DNA of 64,000 bases from Sinomicrobium sp. (GTDB lineage Bacteria > Bacteroidota > Bacteroidia > Flavobacteriales > Flavobacteriaceae), in the NCBI GenBank assembly GCA_029266035.1, contig JAJUFH010000009.1, positions 20,777 through 84,776 on the forward strand. Reading direction: 5' to 3'. A model generated the notes under the pieces. The model was not told where the DNA came from. It saw only the letters and a list, made by a program, of their open reading frames with translations, and ran no database searches. Position 1 is the stretch's first letter; each line of letters begins with the position of its first letter. The translations under genes and the position numbers were made by a program. This document shows positions 55,083-63,606 of this stretch, piece after piece.

Positions 55083-57464
55083 TTACGATATTGGAATACG
55101 CAATGACAAAGACAGATTTCTTCCGGCTTCCGGCACTGCGATTAGGCGATAAAAACTAGTGTGATCAAAATATTTAGTGTTCAATACGTTGCTCACTTTT
55201 AATCTCAGTTTTACTGCCGGGTAATCTCTAAAAGGCTGTATTGCTGTCTGCCATGATAGATCGATCAACTGATAGCCTTCAGTAGGTGCTTCCGGAGGAA
55301 CAATCTCATTCTGAGCCGAAACTACTTTGTAAACTGCCGTAAAAATGGGTTGTCGAAAAAAGAGAAAATCCTCACTCTTGTACTTTACCGAGAGCAATCC
55401 TGACAAGGGGGGTGAAAACGGCAGGGTGAATCCTTTCTTCGGTCCGCTTTGTTGACTGGCATACACGTATTCCCCGGAAAGGTCTATATGTAAACGCTCG
55501 AATAAGCTAGTACCCACATTCACTTCTCCTCCTACTCTAAACACTTTGTTTTGAGTGTATTCATACACCTGCAGCGTCTCGTAGTAATTCGATGTGGGAT
55601 TGAGATAAATATAATTGTCAAACCAGTTTACGAAAGGGCTTATCGCGAAGTGAAACTTTTCTTCCTCATGGCTCACCACCATATCTAACTGATAAGAAGT
55701 CTCAGGATCGAGACTAGTACTTCCCCTTTCAAAGCGATACATATGATAATTGACCCCATCAGAGGCCAATTCATTGGCGAGGGGAATCCTAAAACTCTTT
55801 CCAAAGTTTAGTTTGTAGGTGGTATTGCCCGACAGATAGCTTATCCCTGCCGATCCGCTGATATTGTCAAAATCCAAGGTTTCGTCCCATGCCCTTTGCA
55901 AATATTTGGAAGAAGTCATACCGGAAGAAGTAGTTATTTCGGTGGGAAACCAGTCGTAATAAGGTTGGATTTTCACAGCTCCGTAATCATAGCGCAAACC
56001 TACCTGCAAGTGGAGTTTCGGATTGATCTCAAACTGGTCGTACGCAAATATCCCTGCTGTAAATCGGGTGTAAGCAGGAATGAGAAATCCCCAGCCTCCA
56101 ATAGCATTTTCCTGCAATTCGAGGTTTACCCCACCCACTAAGGTATGTGACCCCATAACATAGGTATCACTCGCATTCAAAGCGTAAGTTTGCTTGCGAA
56201 ACTCCCGCTCCTTGCTGTTGTCGGGTTTAGGCATATGCCCGTGTGGTACCGGTTCGGAATGCTCTTCTCTCCAGTTGTATTGGAACCCCAAGTCGATATC
56301 AAGTTGGTGATCATTTATACTTATGGCTGTGTTATTGATTAGCTTAAAGTGGTTTAGCTCGTGAAAAGGAAGGTCGATGTCTCGTGAAGACCGGTCGTAG
56401 TCAATTTTTGAACTTCGCACTTCTAGTCCATGTGCATTTGCAAAAAACCCGTTTTTGGCATACACATTACTGAAAAAAGTTTCTGAACTGATATTTTCTG
56501 CAATATAACCTATAGAGAAGCTGGCATTGGCCTCCTGATCGGCGGTGTTTCTCAGATGCTTCTTGTAGAGGTCGAAAATATAATTCTCAAAATTGATCTG
56601 GTTGGTCGGCACCTTGTAATCTGCATAATCCTTGAAGGTAAATCGACCCCGATAGTACCATTTTTCTTCTCGTGCACTTAGTCCGGCCGAAACACCCAGC
56701 ATAGCATTGTTGGTTTGTCCTAAAAGATTTACACTTCCGGAAAACGACTCAGGTTCGGGCACCGCCGGGCTAGGAATATCCACCACACCAGCCAGTGCAT
56801 CGGAACCGTACAGCATTGAAGCCGGACCTTTTACTATACGAACGCGCTCTACATCGTACTGGTCAATTTCCAGTCCGTGATCGTTTCCCCACTGCTGAGC
56901 CTCGTGTTTTATTCCGTTCTGTACTACGCTCACCCTGTTAAATCCGAGTCCGCGAATCACCGGTTTAGACTGCCTGGAACCTATGTTTATGGTATTGACC
57001 CCAGGAATACGCGACAGGGTTTGCATCAGGCTATTCTCTCGGTTTGCATCCATAAACTCCTGAGAGACCTCTACGATACTCCCCGGAGTTTCACGCGCTC
57101 TCCGCTCACGGCTCTTCCCGTATACCTCCACCCCAATCAGTTCTGTATTTGAGGGCGTAAGTACTATGGTTATCTCTGTCGTATCTCGATCGACCTGCAG
57201 CATCACCCGTTCGGTAGCATAGCCTAGGTACGACACTTCCAATTCCTGTGAGCCTTCAACCACCCCGGTGAGGGTAAATTCGCCCGCATGATCCGCGATG
57301 GTATATACCCCATCCCCGGCAATCCCAGCTCCGGCAAGGGGAATTTTTGTAAGGGCATCTAAAACCAATCCTTTTATGTTAAAGTCCTTTTGTGCAAAAG
57401 CCGGTAAAAATGACAATATGCAAATAAGGGACAAGACACCCCTTGTGCTTGACATTCTCATCAT
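55083..57464 (-). CDS. TonB-dependent receptor (non-SusC type) with an N-terminal CarboxypepD_reg-like domain
   Basis: The plug motifs are GVNTINIGSRQSKPVIRGLGFNRVSVVQNGI and GSDALAGVVDI. The beta-barrel region ends LSLRIPIS. The start was trimmed to MMRMSSTRGVLSLICILSFLPAFAQ (signal peptide). Confidence 0.85.
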   Translation of the reverse strand: MMRMSSTRGVLSLICILSFLPAFAQKDFNIKGLVLDALTKIPLAGAGIAGDGVYTIADHAGEFTLTGVVEGSQELEVSYLGYATERVMLQVDRDTTEITIVLTPSNTELIGVEVYGKSRERRARETPGSIVEVSQEFMDANRENSLMQTLSRIPGVNTINIGSRQSKPVIRGLGFNRVSVVQNGIKHEAQQWGNDHGLEIDQYDVERVRIVKGPASMLYGSDALAGVVDIPSPAVPEPESFSGSVNLLGQTNNAMLGVSAGLSAREEKWYYRGRFTFKDYADYKVPTNQINFENYIFDLYKKHLRNTADQEANASFSIGYIAENISSETFFSNVYAKNGFFANAHGLEVRSSKIDYDRSSRDIDLPFHELNHFKLINNTAISINDHQLDIDLGFQYNWREEHSEPVPHGHMPKPDNSKEREFRKQTYALNASDTYVMGSHTLVGGVNLELQENAIGGWGFLIPAYTRFTAGIFAYDQFEINPKLHLQVGLRYDYGAVKIQPYYDWFPTEITTSSGMTSSKYLQRAWDETLDFDNISGSAGISYLSGNTTYKLNFGKSFRIPLANELASDGVNYHMYRFERGSTSLDPETSYQLDMVVSHEEEKFHFAISPFVNWFDNYIYLNPTSNYYETLQVYEYTQNKVFRVGGEVNVGTSLFERLHIDLSGEYVYASQQSGPKKGFTLPFSPPLSGLLSVKYKSEDFLFFRQPIFTAVYKVVSAQNEIVPPEAPTEGYQLIDLSWQTAIQPFRDYPAVKLRLKVSNVLNTKYFDHTSFYRLIAVPEAGRNLSLSLRIPIS

Positions 57465-57624
57465 ATTTTTGAATACTATAATGGTTGAAAAACTGATCTG
57501 CGAAAGAAGATCAAATAAGGCGTATTCCCCTGTCTTTGAACACAATAAAAGTCAACACATCACTATACCTAAATCAGTATAAGTGCTGTCTTATTGCACT
57601 AAGCAAAACTGAAGGAAATAATTT

Positions 57625-57939
57625 TCAGACTAAATTATGTGAAGGCGGGGGCCTGGAGAAAAGTTGATCCGGATAAAACTTTGCGATGTAGACAAAATTA
57701 TAAGTCTCAGCCCGTTCAAGCCGAACTATCTCTTCCCTCTGTAAAGGAATTTCGACATCGGAATCGGATAATAATACCGGAGTATAATTGGGAGCCACTG
57801 CAAAATCACATACTGTACAGTGTTTTGCAGAATTATCGTCGTGCAAATGCTTCAAAGCGTGTAGCCCTGCCACTTTCATTGAAGTAAAAAGTAGCAGGAA
57901 TGCATAAACTACAGTATGTTTGAAAGCAGTATTCCGCAT
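57625..57939 (-). CDS. small exported/membrane-anchored His/Cys-motif protein, first gene of the TonB-receptor cluster
   Basis: The 104 aa protein has an N-terminal hydrophobic segment VVYAFLLLFTSMKVAG, followed by HALKHLHDDNSAKHCTVCDF. No family was recognised with certainty. Confidence 0.4.
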   Translation of the reverse strand: MRNTAFKHTVVYAFLLLFTSMKVAGLHALKHLHDDNSAKHCTVCDFAVAPNYTPVLLSDSDVEIPLQREEIVRLERAETYNFVYIAKFYPDQLFSRPPPSHNLV

Positions 57940-58049
57940 GGGACAAACTTATAAAAAATAAATTTTTAAATGCAACTTTGTAGCATAAAAATTATAAAGG
58001 CTTTAAAAAAACAAAACTTAAGTCGAAAAAATCTTTGTAATTTAGTGCT

Positions 58050-58793
58050 ATGATAAAAGTCGTAGTTTTAGGCTCGGGAAATGTAGCCTCCCATCTTATT
58101 CAGGCACTTACAGCTAGTAAAAAATCAACAGTAGTTCAGGTATTTAACAGAAGTAATACCGTATTCGGTTCCATTCCGGTTACCGATGATTACCAACAAC
58201 TTCTTCCTGCCGACCTCTATCTCATCGCCGTAGCCGACGATGCTATTGCCGAGGTATCAAGAAGCCTGCCCTTTGAGGGACGACTGATAGCTCATACCTC
58301 AGGTAGTGTATCACTATTGGACACCGCCAAAAGCAATCGTCGAGGAGTTTTTTACCCACTTCAAACCTTCTCCAAATCCAGAGCGATCGATTTTTCTACA
58401 GTTCCGCTGTGCCTTGAAGCCGAACACCAAGCGGATTATATGCTTTTACAACAAGTTGCCGAAAGTATTTCGGAACAGGTATACCAAGTCGATTCCGAAC
58501 AGCGACGAGCCCTTCATCTGTCTGCCGTATTTGTAAACAACTTTGTAAACCACCTCTATCACATAGGGGAACAAATCTGCAAAAAAAACCAACTTCCCTT
58601 CGACATCCTTCGTCCGCTCATTGCGGAAACCGCAGCCAAAATAACCGAAATGCCACCTTTGGAAGCCCAAACCGGTCCGGCCAAACGCCGCGATAATTCC
58701 ACCTTGCTAAAACACCGGGAGCAATTGACATCCCACCCACTCTATCTCCAATTGTACGACCTTTTAACCGAAGCTATACAAAAAAGTAAATAA
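58050..58793 (+). CDS. Rossmann-fold protein with a DUF2520 C-terminal domain
   Basis: The N-terminus is VVVLGSGNVASHL (dinucleotide-binding) and the length is 247 aa. The overall pattern matches the F420_oxidored + DUF2520 architecture, recalled from memory. Confidence 0.55.
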   Translation: MIKVVVLGSGNVASHLIQALTASKKSTVVQVFNRSNTVFGSIPVTDDYQQLLPADLYLIAVADDAIAEVSRSLPFEGRLIAHTSGSVSLLDTAKSNRRGVFYPLQTFSKSRAIDFSTVPLCLEAEHQADYMLLQQVAESISEQVYQVDSEQRRALHLSAVFVNNFVNHLYHIGEQICKKNQLPFDILRPLIAETAAKITEMPPLEAQTGPAKRRDNSTLLKHREQLTSHPLYLQLYDLLTEAIQKSK

Positions 58794-58870
58794 GAATATT
58801 TCCCTGTGTCGGTGTGCCAGTTAAACTTTGTAAATTGCAAGCTGTTGTTAAAGGTTGAAAGTTCTTTGGT

Positions 58871-58990
58871 TTCGAGATGGAGATTCTTCGATATGAATGG
58901 CAGAAATGTCATCCCGACCGAAATGGAGGGATCTCCATACTTTCGGTAATTTCCACTGAAGATTTTTTAATTCGAGATGGAGATTCTTCG
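58871..58990. repeat. intergenic repeat cluster: a perfect 20 nt direct repeat 100 nt apart, flanking a related imperfect hairpin
   Basis: TTCGAGATGGAGATTCTTCG occurs at 58871-58890 and again at 58971-58990. A related GAAATGGAGGGATCTCC core lies inside the hairpin CCGAAATGGAG-GGAT-CTCCA(TAC)TTTCGG at 58918-58946. Confidence 0.7.
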
Positions 58991-59056
58991 CTTCATCGTG
59001 CTTCGCCCCGATGATAATCTAAAAAAAATATATTAAATTAAAAATGAATTTATTAC

Positions 59057-59581
59057 ATGAAAAACTATAAAGAATACCTTGAAGATATCACTACATTTGT
59101 CTTCGATGTAGACGGCGTACTTACCGACGGTACTATCGTGATTACTACAGAGGGCGAAATGCTGAGAAATATGAGTCTCAAAGACGGCTATGCCATAAAG
59201 ACGGCTATAGAAAAGGGTTACAATATTTGTGTTATCTCTGGAGGAACAAATGAAGGAGTTCGCCAAAGGCTGCGAGGGCTTGGGGTTACCGATATTTATC
59301 TCGGGGCACATCACAAAACCGATGTATTAGAAGAATACTTTGACATCTACGACATAAAGTCTGAAAACGTGCTTTATATGGGCGACGATCTCCCTGACCT
59401 CCCCCCTATGCAAATGGTAGCCTTGCCTACCTGTCCTCAGGATGCCGTACCGGAACTCAAGGAAATTGCAAAGTATATTTCACATAAAAACGGGGGACAA
59501 GGATGTGTCAGGGATGTAATTGAACAGGTATTGAAGGTTCAAGGAAAGTGGAATGACAATTTTGGGGCTAATTACGATTAA
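59057..59581 (+). CDS. kdsC: 3-deoxy-D-manno-octulosonate 8-phosphate phosphatase (HAD-IIIA)
   Basis: The motifs FVFDVDGVLTDG (the HAD nucleophile motif), VISGG and YMGDDLPD are present. The length is 174 aa. Confidence 0.85.
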   Translation: MKNYKEYLEDITTFVFDVDGVLTDGTIVITTEGEMLRNMSLKDGYAIKTAIEKGYNICVISGGTNEGVRQRLRGLGVTDIYLGAHHKTDVLEEYFDIYDIKSENVLYMGDDLPDLPPMQMVALPTCPQDAVPELKEIAKYISHKNGGQGCVRDVIEQVLKVQGKWNDNFGANYD

Positions 59582-59598
59582 ATCAACGAAGTTTAGAT

Positions 59599-60192
59599 AT
59601 GCTTTCAGAAGTTTTAAAAGACTATCACATCATATTGGCATCGGGATCTCCGAGAAGACAGCAGTTTTTTCAGGATCTGGGACTCAAAGTTGAAATACGT
59701 CTGAAAGAGGTAGAGGAAATTTATCCCGAACGGCTTAGAGGTAGCGACATACCAGACTATCTGGCACAACTCAAGGCACTGCCCTTTAAAGACGAACTCC
59801 GAGAAAAAGATATTCTCATCACTTCCGATACCGTAGTATGGCATCTAAATAAAGCGCTTGGGAAACCCCGCAACAGAGAAGAAGCATTCGGTATGCTGAG
59901 GTCGCTTTCTGGTAAAGACCACCAGGTCATTACCTCAGTATGTTTTACAACCAAGCAAATGCAGAAAACGGTAAATTCCGTTACCAAAGTGTATTTCGAC
60001 GAACTTACCGAAGGTGAAATAACCTATTATATCGATACTTTTAAACCCTATGACAAAGCAGGAGCTTATGGTATACAAGAATGGATAGGTCTCACCGGTA
60101 TTAGGAAGATTGAAGGCTCGTATTTTAACGTGGTCGGACTTCCCGTACATCAGGTATACCGCAGCCTGCATACCCTAGTCGAAAACAAATGA
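59599..60192 (+). CDS. maf: Maf family nucleoside triphosphate pyrophosphatase
   Basis: The motifs ILASGSPRRQQFF, DTVV and KAGAYGIQE are present. The length is 197 aa. Confidence 0.88.
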   Translation: MLSEVLKDYHIILASGSPRRQQFFQDLGLKVEIRLKEVEEIYPERLRGSDIPDYLAQLKALPFKDELREKDILITSDTVVWHLNKALGKPRNREEAFGMLRSLSGKDHQVITSVCFTTKQMQKTVNSVTKVYFDELTEGEITYYIDTFKPYDKAGAYGIQEWIGLTGIRKIEGSYFNVVGLPVHQVYRSLHTLVENK

Positions 60193-60262
60193 TTAAAATT
60201 ATTGTCACAAAAAGCTTATTTGCTCATCACTGTGTATCTTTAGCATTACAAAAAGACTAAAA

Positions 60263-60799
60263 ATGAACGATATTTTTACCCTGTACCAGAAAGAGCTGCT
60301 GAACAGTCTCTTTGTCATTCTAATATTAGTGTTCTTAAAATTCACACTGTCAAAAATTATTCGCAAAGTAGGTGATATCAGCAATTACAACGCAGCGAGA
60401 AGCACCCTTATCATCCGCTATGTCAACATTGCTGTATTTCTTGTGGGAATTTCAATTATCAGCATTATCTGGAATGTCAATTTTGAAGATCTCGGACTGT
60501 TGATCTCTTCCATTTTTGCTGTTATCGGAGTGGCTCTTTTTGCCCAGTGGTCTATTCTCAGCAATGTAACGGCAGGAGTTATATTGTTTTTTACCTTCCC
60601 GTTTAAGATCGGCGACGTGATAGAGATACAGGATAAAGATTTTCCCATACGGGCTACGATAGAAGATATCAAGGCTTTTCACCTGATGCTCCGAACCGAA
60701 GAAGGAGATCTTGTCACTTACCCGAATAATCTCCTTTTACAAAAAGGGGTCAAGGTTTCACCTCAAGCTGTAGAAGACGACGGTTCAGAAAGCCTGTGA
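60263..60799 (+). CDS. small mechanosensitive-channel (MscS) family protein
   Basis: Three TM helices are followed by FTFPFKIGDVIEI...G.IEDI (the MscS beta-domain signature). The length is 178 aa. Confidence 0.7.
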   Translation: MNDIFTLYQKELLNSLFVILILVFLKFTLSKIIRKVGDISNYNAARSTLIIRYVNIAVFLVGISIISIIWNVNFEDLGLLISSIFAVIGVALFAQWSILSNVTAGVILFFTFPFKIGDVIEIQDKDFPIRATIEDIKAFHLMLRTEEGDLVTYPNNLLLQKGVKVSPQAVEDDGSESL

Positions 60800-60971
60800 T
60801 ATTATCTTTCGCAAACAGCTGGGGGTTTTACTTGGACCAGTGAGTTAAAGAAAGCCTAAACATAACGAGATAATTTGCTTTATTTATATATTTGGGAGAT
60901 TGTTTCCAGATATAGTCCATTATAGAACGACTGTATTTTCAGTGACTCCGGAACCTTAAAAACTAACTTAA

Positions 60972-63476
60972 ATGCGTTTGATTACTCTGTTTGTAAGTCT
61001 TGTTATTTATATTCCTTCCCTCTATCCACAATCACCAAAATCGTATACCTCTTCTGAAATATACCAAGAGATTAAAAAGTTAAATTTTCTCGGTACTGCC
61101 CTGTATATCGCCGCTCATCCCGACGATGAGAACACTCAGATGATTTCCTATCTCTCCAACGAGCTTCACGCTCGTACTGCTTATCTATCTCTCACCCGAG
61201 GAGATGGAGGACAAAATCTGATAGGCACCGAATTGAGAGAACTTCTCGGACTGATAAGAACTCAGGAATTGTTGGCCGCTAGACATATAGACGGAGGCGA
61301 ACAATTGTTTTCCAGAGCCAATGATTTTGGCTTTTCAAAACATCCAGATGAAACCTTAAACATATGGGATAAAGACAGTGTACTGGCCGATGTGGTACTA
61401 GCCATACGCAAATTGCGCCCAGACATCATCATCAACCGCTTTGATCACCGCCGTCCGGGAACCACTCACGGTCACCACACCTCTTCTGCCATACTCAGCG
61501 TAGCGGCATTCGACCTAGCTGCAGATGTAAATAGCTATCCCAATCAACTGAAACAACTACAACCTTGGCAGCCCAAACGACTGTTTTACAATACCTCTTG
61601 GTGGGCTTATGGCAGTCAAGACGAATTTGAAAAGGCTACAAAAAAGGGCTTTATGTCAATAGATATAGGCAAATACTATACAAATCTCGGAAAGAGCAAT
61701 GGAGAAATTGCCGCCCAGAGCAGAAGTCAGCACCGCAGTCAGGGATTTGGCAGTTCGGCGTCGCGAGGTAGCACCACAGAGTACCTCGAATTACTAAAAG
61801 GAAGTCAGCCAGACAACAACAATCTCTTTGCGGGTATCAATACCACCTGGTCTAGAATTGACGGTACAGAAGAGATTGCCAAACTACTCAAAAACGTAGA
61901 GCACAATTTCGATTTTAAAAATCCTGCCTCCCATCTCCCGCAATTACTCAAGGCTTATACGCTGATTCAAAACCTAAAAGACCCCTATTGGAAAAAGCTC
62001 AAAACACGACAAATAAAAGATATAATACTGGCTTGTGCCGGATTGTATCTAGAAGCTTCAGCTCAATCTCCTCAGACAACACCCGGAAGTGAGACAACAA
62101 TTCGCGTAGAAGCCATCAACAGAAGCCGTGTAGACGTTCGCTTAGAACAGCTGAGTATCGCACAAACAGCAACAGCAGAGAAAACTGATATCCCCCTCTT
62201 GTACAATCGCGATGAAAAATTGGAATTGTCTATCCACATCCCTCAACAGATCGCTTATTCCACACCGTATTGGCTTGTAAACAAAGGCAGTATCGGCATG
62301 TATCGGGCCGATAGGCAATACATCGGCCTACCCGAAAGTCCAGCATCGCTCACCGCTTGTTTTCAAGTTCTGATAGAAGGGGTTTCGCTAGAATTCTGTA
62401 AAGACGTAGTATACAAACACACCGACCCCGCACAAGGAGAACGCTATCAGCCCTTTCTTATACTCCCTCCTGTTACTGCAAGTACCGAAAATGAAGTCTA
62501 TATTTTCGAGAATTCGCCAAAACCCATAACTGTAAAACTAAAGGCTATAGACCGCGGTATTGAAGGTGATGTAGCGCTAGATCTACCAAAAGGCTGGACG
62601 GTATCCCCAAATCGCATTCCGATAAAACTGGAACAAACTGGCGACGAAAAATCAGTGGTGTTCAACATCAGCCCTCCCGACAAGGAAAGCGTGGGCGTCA
62701 TTAAACCATCCGTTTATATAGGCGGAAAAAAATACGACAAAAAGCTGGTTGAGATTGATTACGAACACATCCCACACCAGTCTGTTTTACTTCCAGCAGA
62801 GGCCAGAGTTGTAAATTTCGAGCTCAAAAAATCGGGTAACACAGTAGCTTACATCCCCGGAGCCGGTGATAAAGTACCCGAAAGTCTGAGACAATTGGGA
62901 TATAAGGTCAATACCATTGATATTTCTTCCATAACAACAACTTCACTATCTGCCTATGATGCCGTGGTAATTGGTATCAGAGCTTATAATGTTTTTCCAT
63001 CGCTATACACCAAACAATCTGCCTTGCTCGAATACGTAAAATCGGGAGGTAACCTTATCGTACAGTACAATACCGTAGGACGCAACAGTACCACCGATGT
63101 AAAGCCCCCTTATCCCCTTCATCTATCCAATGACAGGGTCACAGATGAAAATTCGAAAGTGACTTTACTCGAACCCGAGCATCCTATACTGAATACTCCC
63201 AACAAAATAGTACCATCCGACTTCGAAGGCTGGGTGCAGGAAAGAGGACTGTACTTCCCCGACCAATGGGCGAAAGAATACAGCGCTATTTTATCGATGC
63301 ACGATACCGGAGAAAATCCGAAAGACGGGAGCTTGCTTGTAGCTCCTTACGGAAAAGGTTATTATATTTACACAGGTCTCAGCTTTTTCAGGGAATTGCC
63401 TGCCGGAGTTCCCGGAGCATTCAAATTGTTTGCCAATATGCTTTCGATAGGAAAGCAAAAAACGGAAAATCCGTAA
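60972..63476 (+). CDS. large exported PIG-L/LmbE-family deacetylase with additional C-terminal domains (the last one GATase1/ThuA-like)
   Basis: A signal peptide is present. The PIG-L motif is LYIAAHPDDENTQMISYL followed by ...HGHHTSS. The ~500 aa C-terminal extension ends with VAYIPGAGDKVPESLRQLGY...DAVVIGIRAY...GGNLIVQYN. Confidence 0.7.
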   Translation: MRLITLFVSLVIYIPSLYPQSPKSYTSSEIYQEIKKLNFLGTALYIAAHPDDENTQMISYLSNELHARTAYLSLTRGDGGQNLIGTELRELLGLIRTQELLAARHIDGGEQLFSRANDFGFSKHPDETLNIWDKDSVLADVVLAIRKLRPDIIINRFDHRRPGTTHGHHTSSAILSVAAFDLAADVNSYPNQLKQLQPWQPKRLFYNTSWWAYGSQDEFEKATKKGFMSIDIGKYYTNLGKSNGEIAAQSRSQHRSQGFGSSASRGSTTEYLELLKGSQPDNNNLFAGINTTWSRIDGTEEIAKLLKNVEHNFDFKNPASHLPQLLKAYTLIQNLKDPYWKKLKTRQIKDIILACAGLYLEASAQSPQTTPGSETTIRVEAINRSRVDVRLEQLSIAQTATAEKTDIPLLYNRDEKLELSIHIPQQIAYSTPYWLVNKGSIGMYRADRQYIGLPESPASLTACFQVLIEGVSLEFCKDVVYKHTDPAQGERYQPFLILPPVTASTENEVYIFENSPKPITVKLKAIDRGIEGDVALDLPKGWTVSPNRIPIKLEQTGDEKSVVFNISPPDKESVGVIKPSVYIGGKKYDKKLVEIDYEHIPHQSVLLPAEARVVNFELKKSGNTVAYIPGAGDKVPESLRQLGYKVNTIDISSITTTSLSAYDAVVIGIRAYNVFPSLYTKQSALLEYVKSGGNLIVQYNTVGRNSTTDVKPPYPLHLSNDRVTDENSKVTLLEPEHPILNTPNKIVPSDFEGWVQERGLYFPDQWAKEYSAILSMHDTGENPKDGSLLVAPYGKGYYIYTGLSFFRELPAGVPGAFKLFANMLSIGKQKTENP

Positions 63477-63477
63477 G

Positions 63478-63603
63478 ATGAAAAAAAAACAGAAAAATCG
63501 CATTTCGCCAAAATGGCGTTGGAAAACCAGCTATACCCTAGTGTTGATAGCCAATGTTATTTATATGATGCTGTTTTATTTTATGATGCAGGAAAACTGT
63601 TAG
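63478..63603 (+). CDS. possible 41 aa single-TM mini-protein preceding the symporter
   Basis: My own translation is MKKKQKNRISPKWRWKTSYTLVLIANVIYMMLFYFMMQENC*. It starts 1 nt after the PIG-L stop and ends 3 nt before the symporter ATG. It has a basic N-terminus plus one hydrophobic helix. Confidence 0.35.
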   Translation: MKKKQKNRISPKWRWKTSYTLVLIANVIYMMLFYFMMQENC

Positions 63604-63606
63604 CCC

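Noticed and set aside
57944-57951. A TAAGTTTG match to the TAnnTTTG -7 box upstream of the small His/Cys protein gene (minus strand)
   Set aside because: The box ends only 4 nt before the ATG at 57939, so a transcript from it would start at or inside the start codon. Either the annotated start is wrong or the match is fortuitous, so it is not called as a promoter.
58871-58990. A possible mini-CRISPR array, suggested by identical 20 nt repeats with regular spacing
   Set aside because: There are only two perfect copies and the repeat is too short. The 80 nt spacer contains a degenerate copy of the same motif, and no cas genes are present in the window. This fits a REP-like element better.
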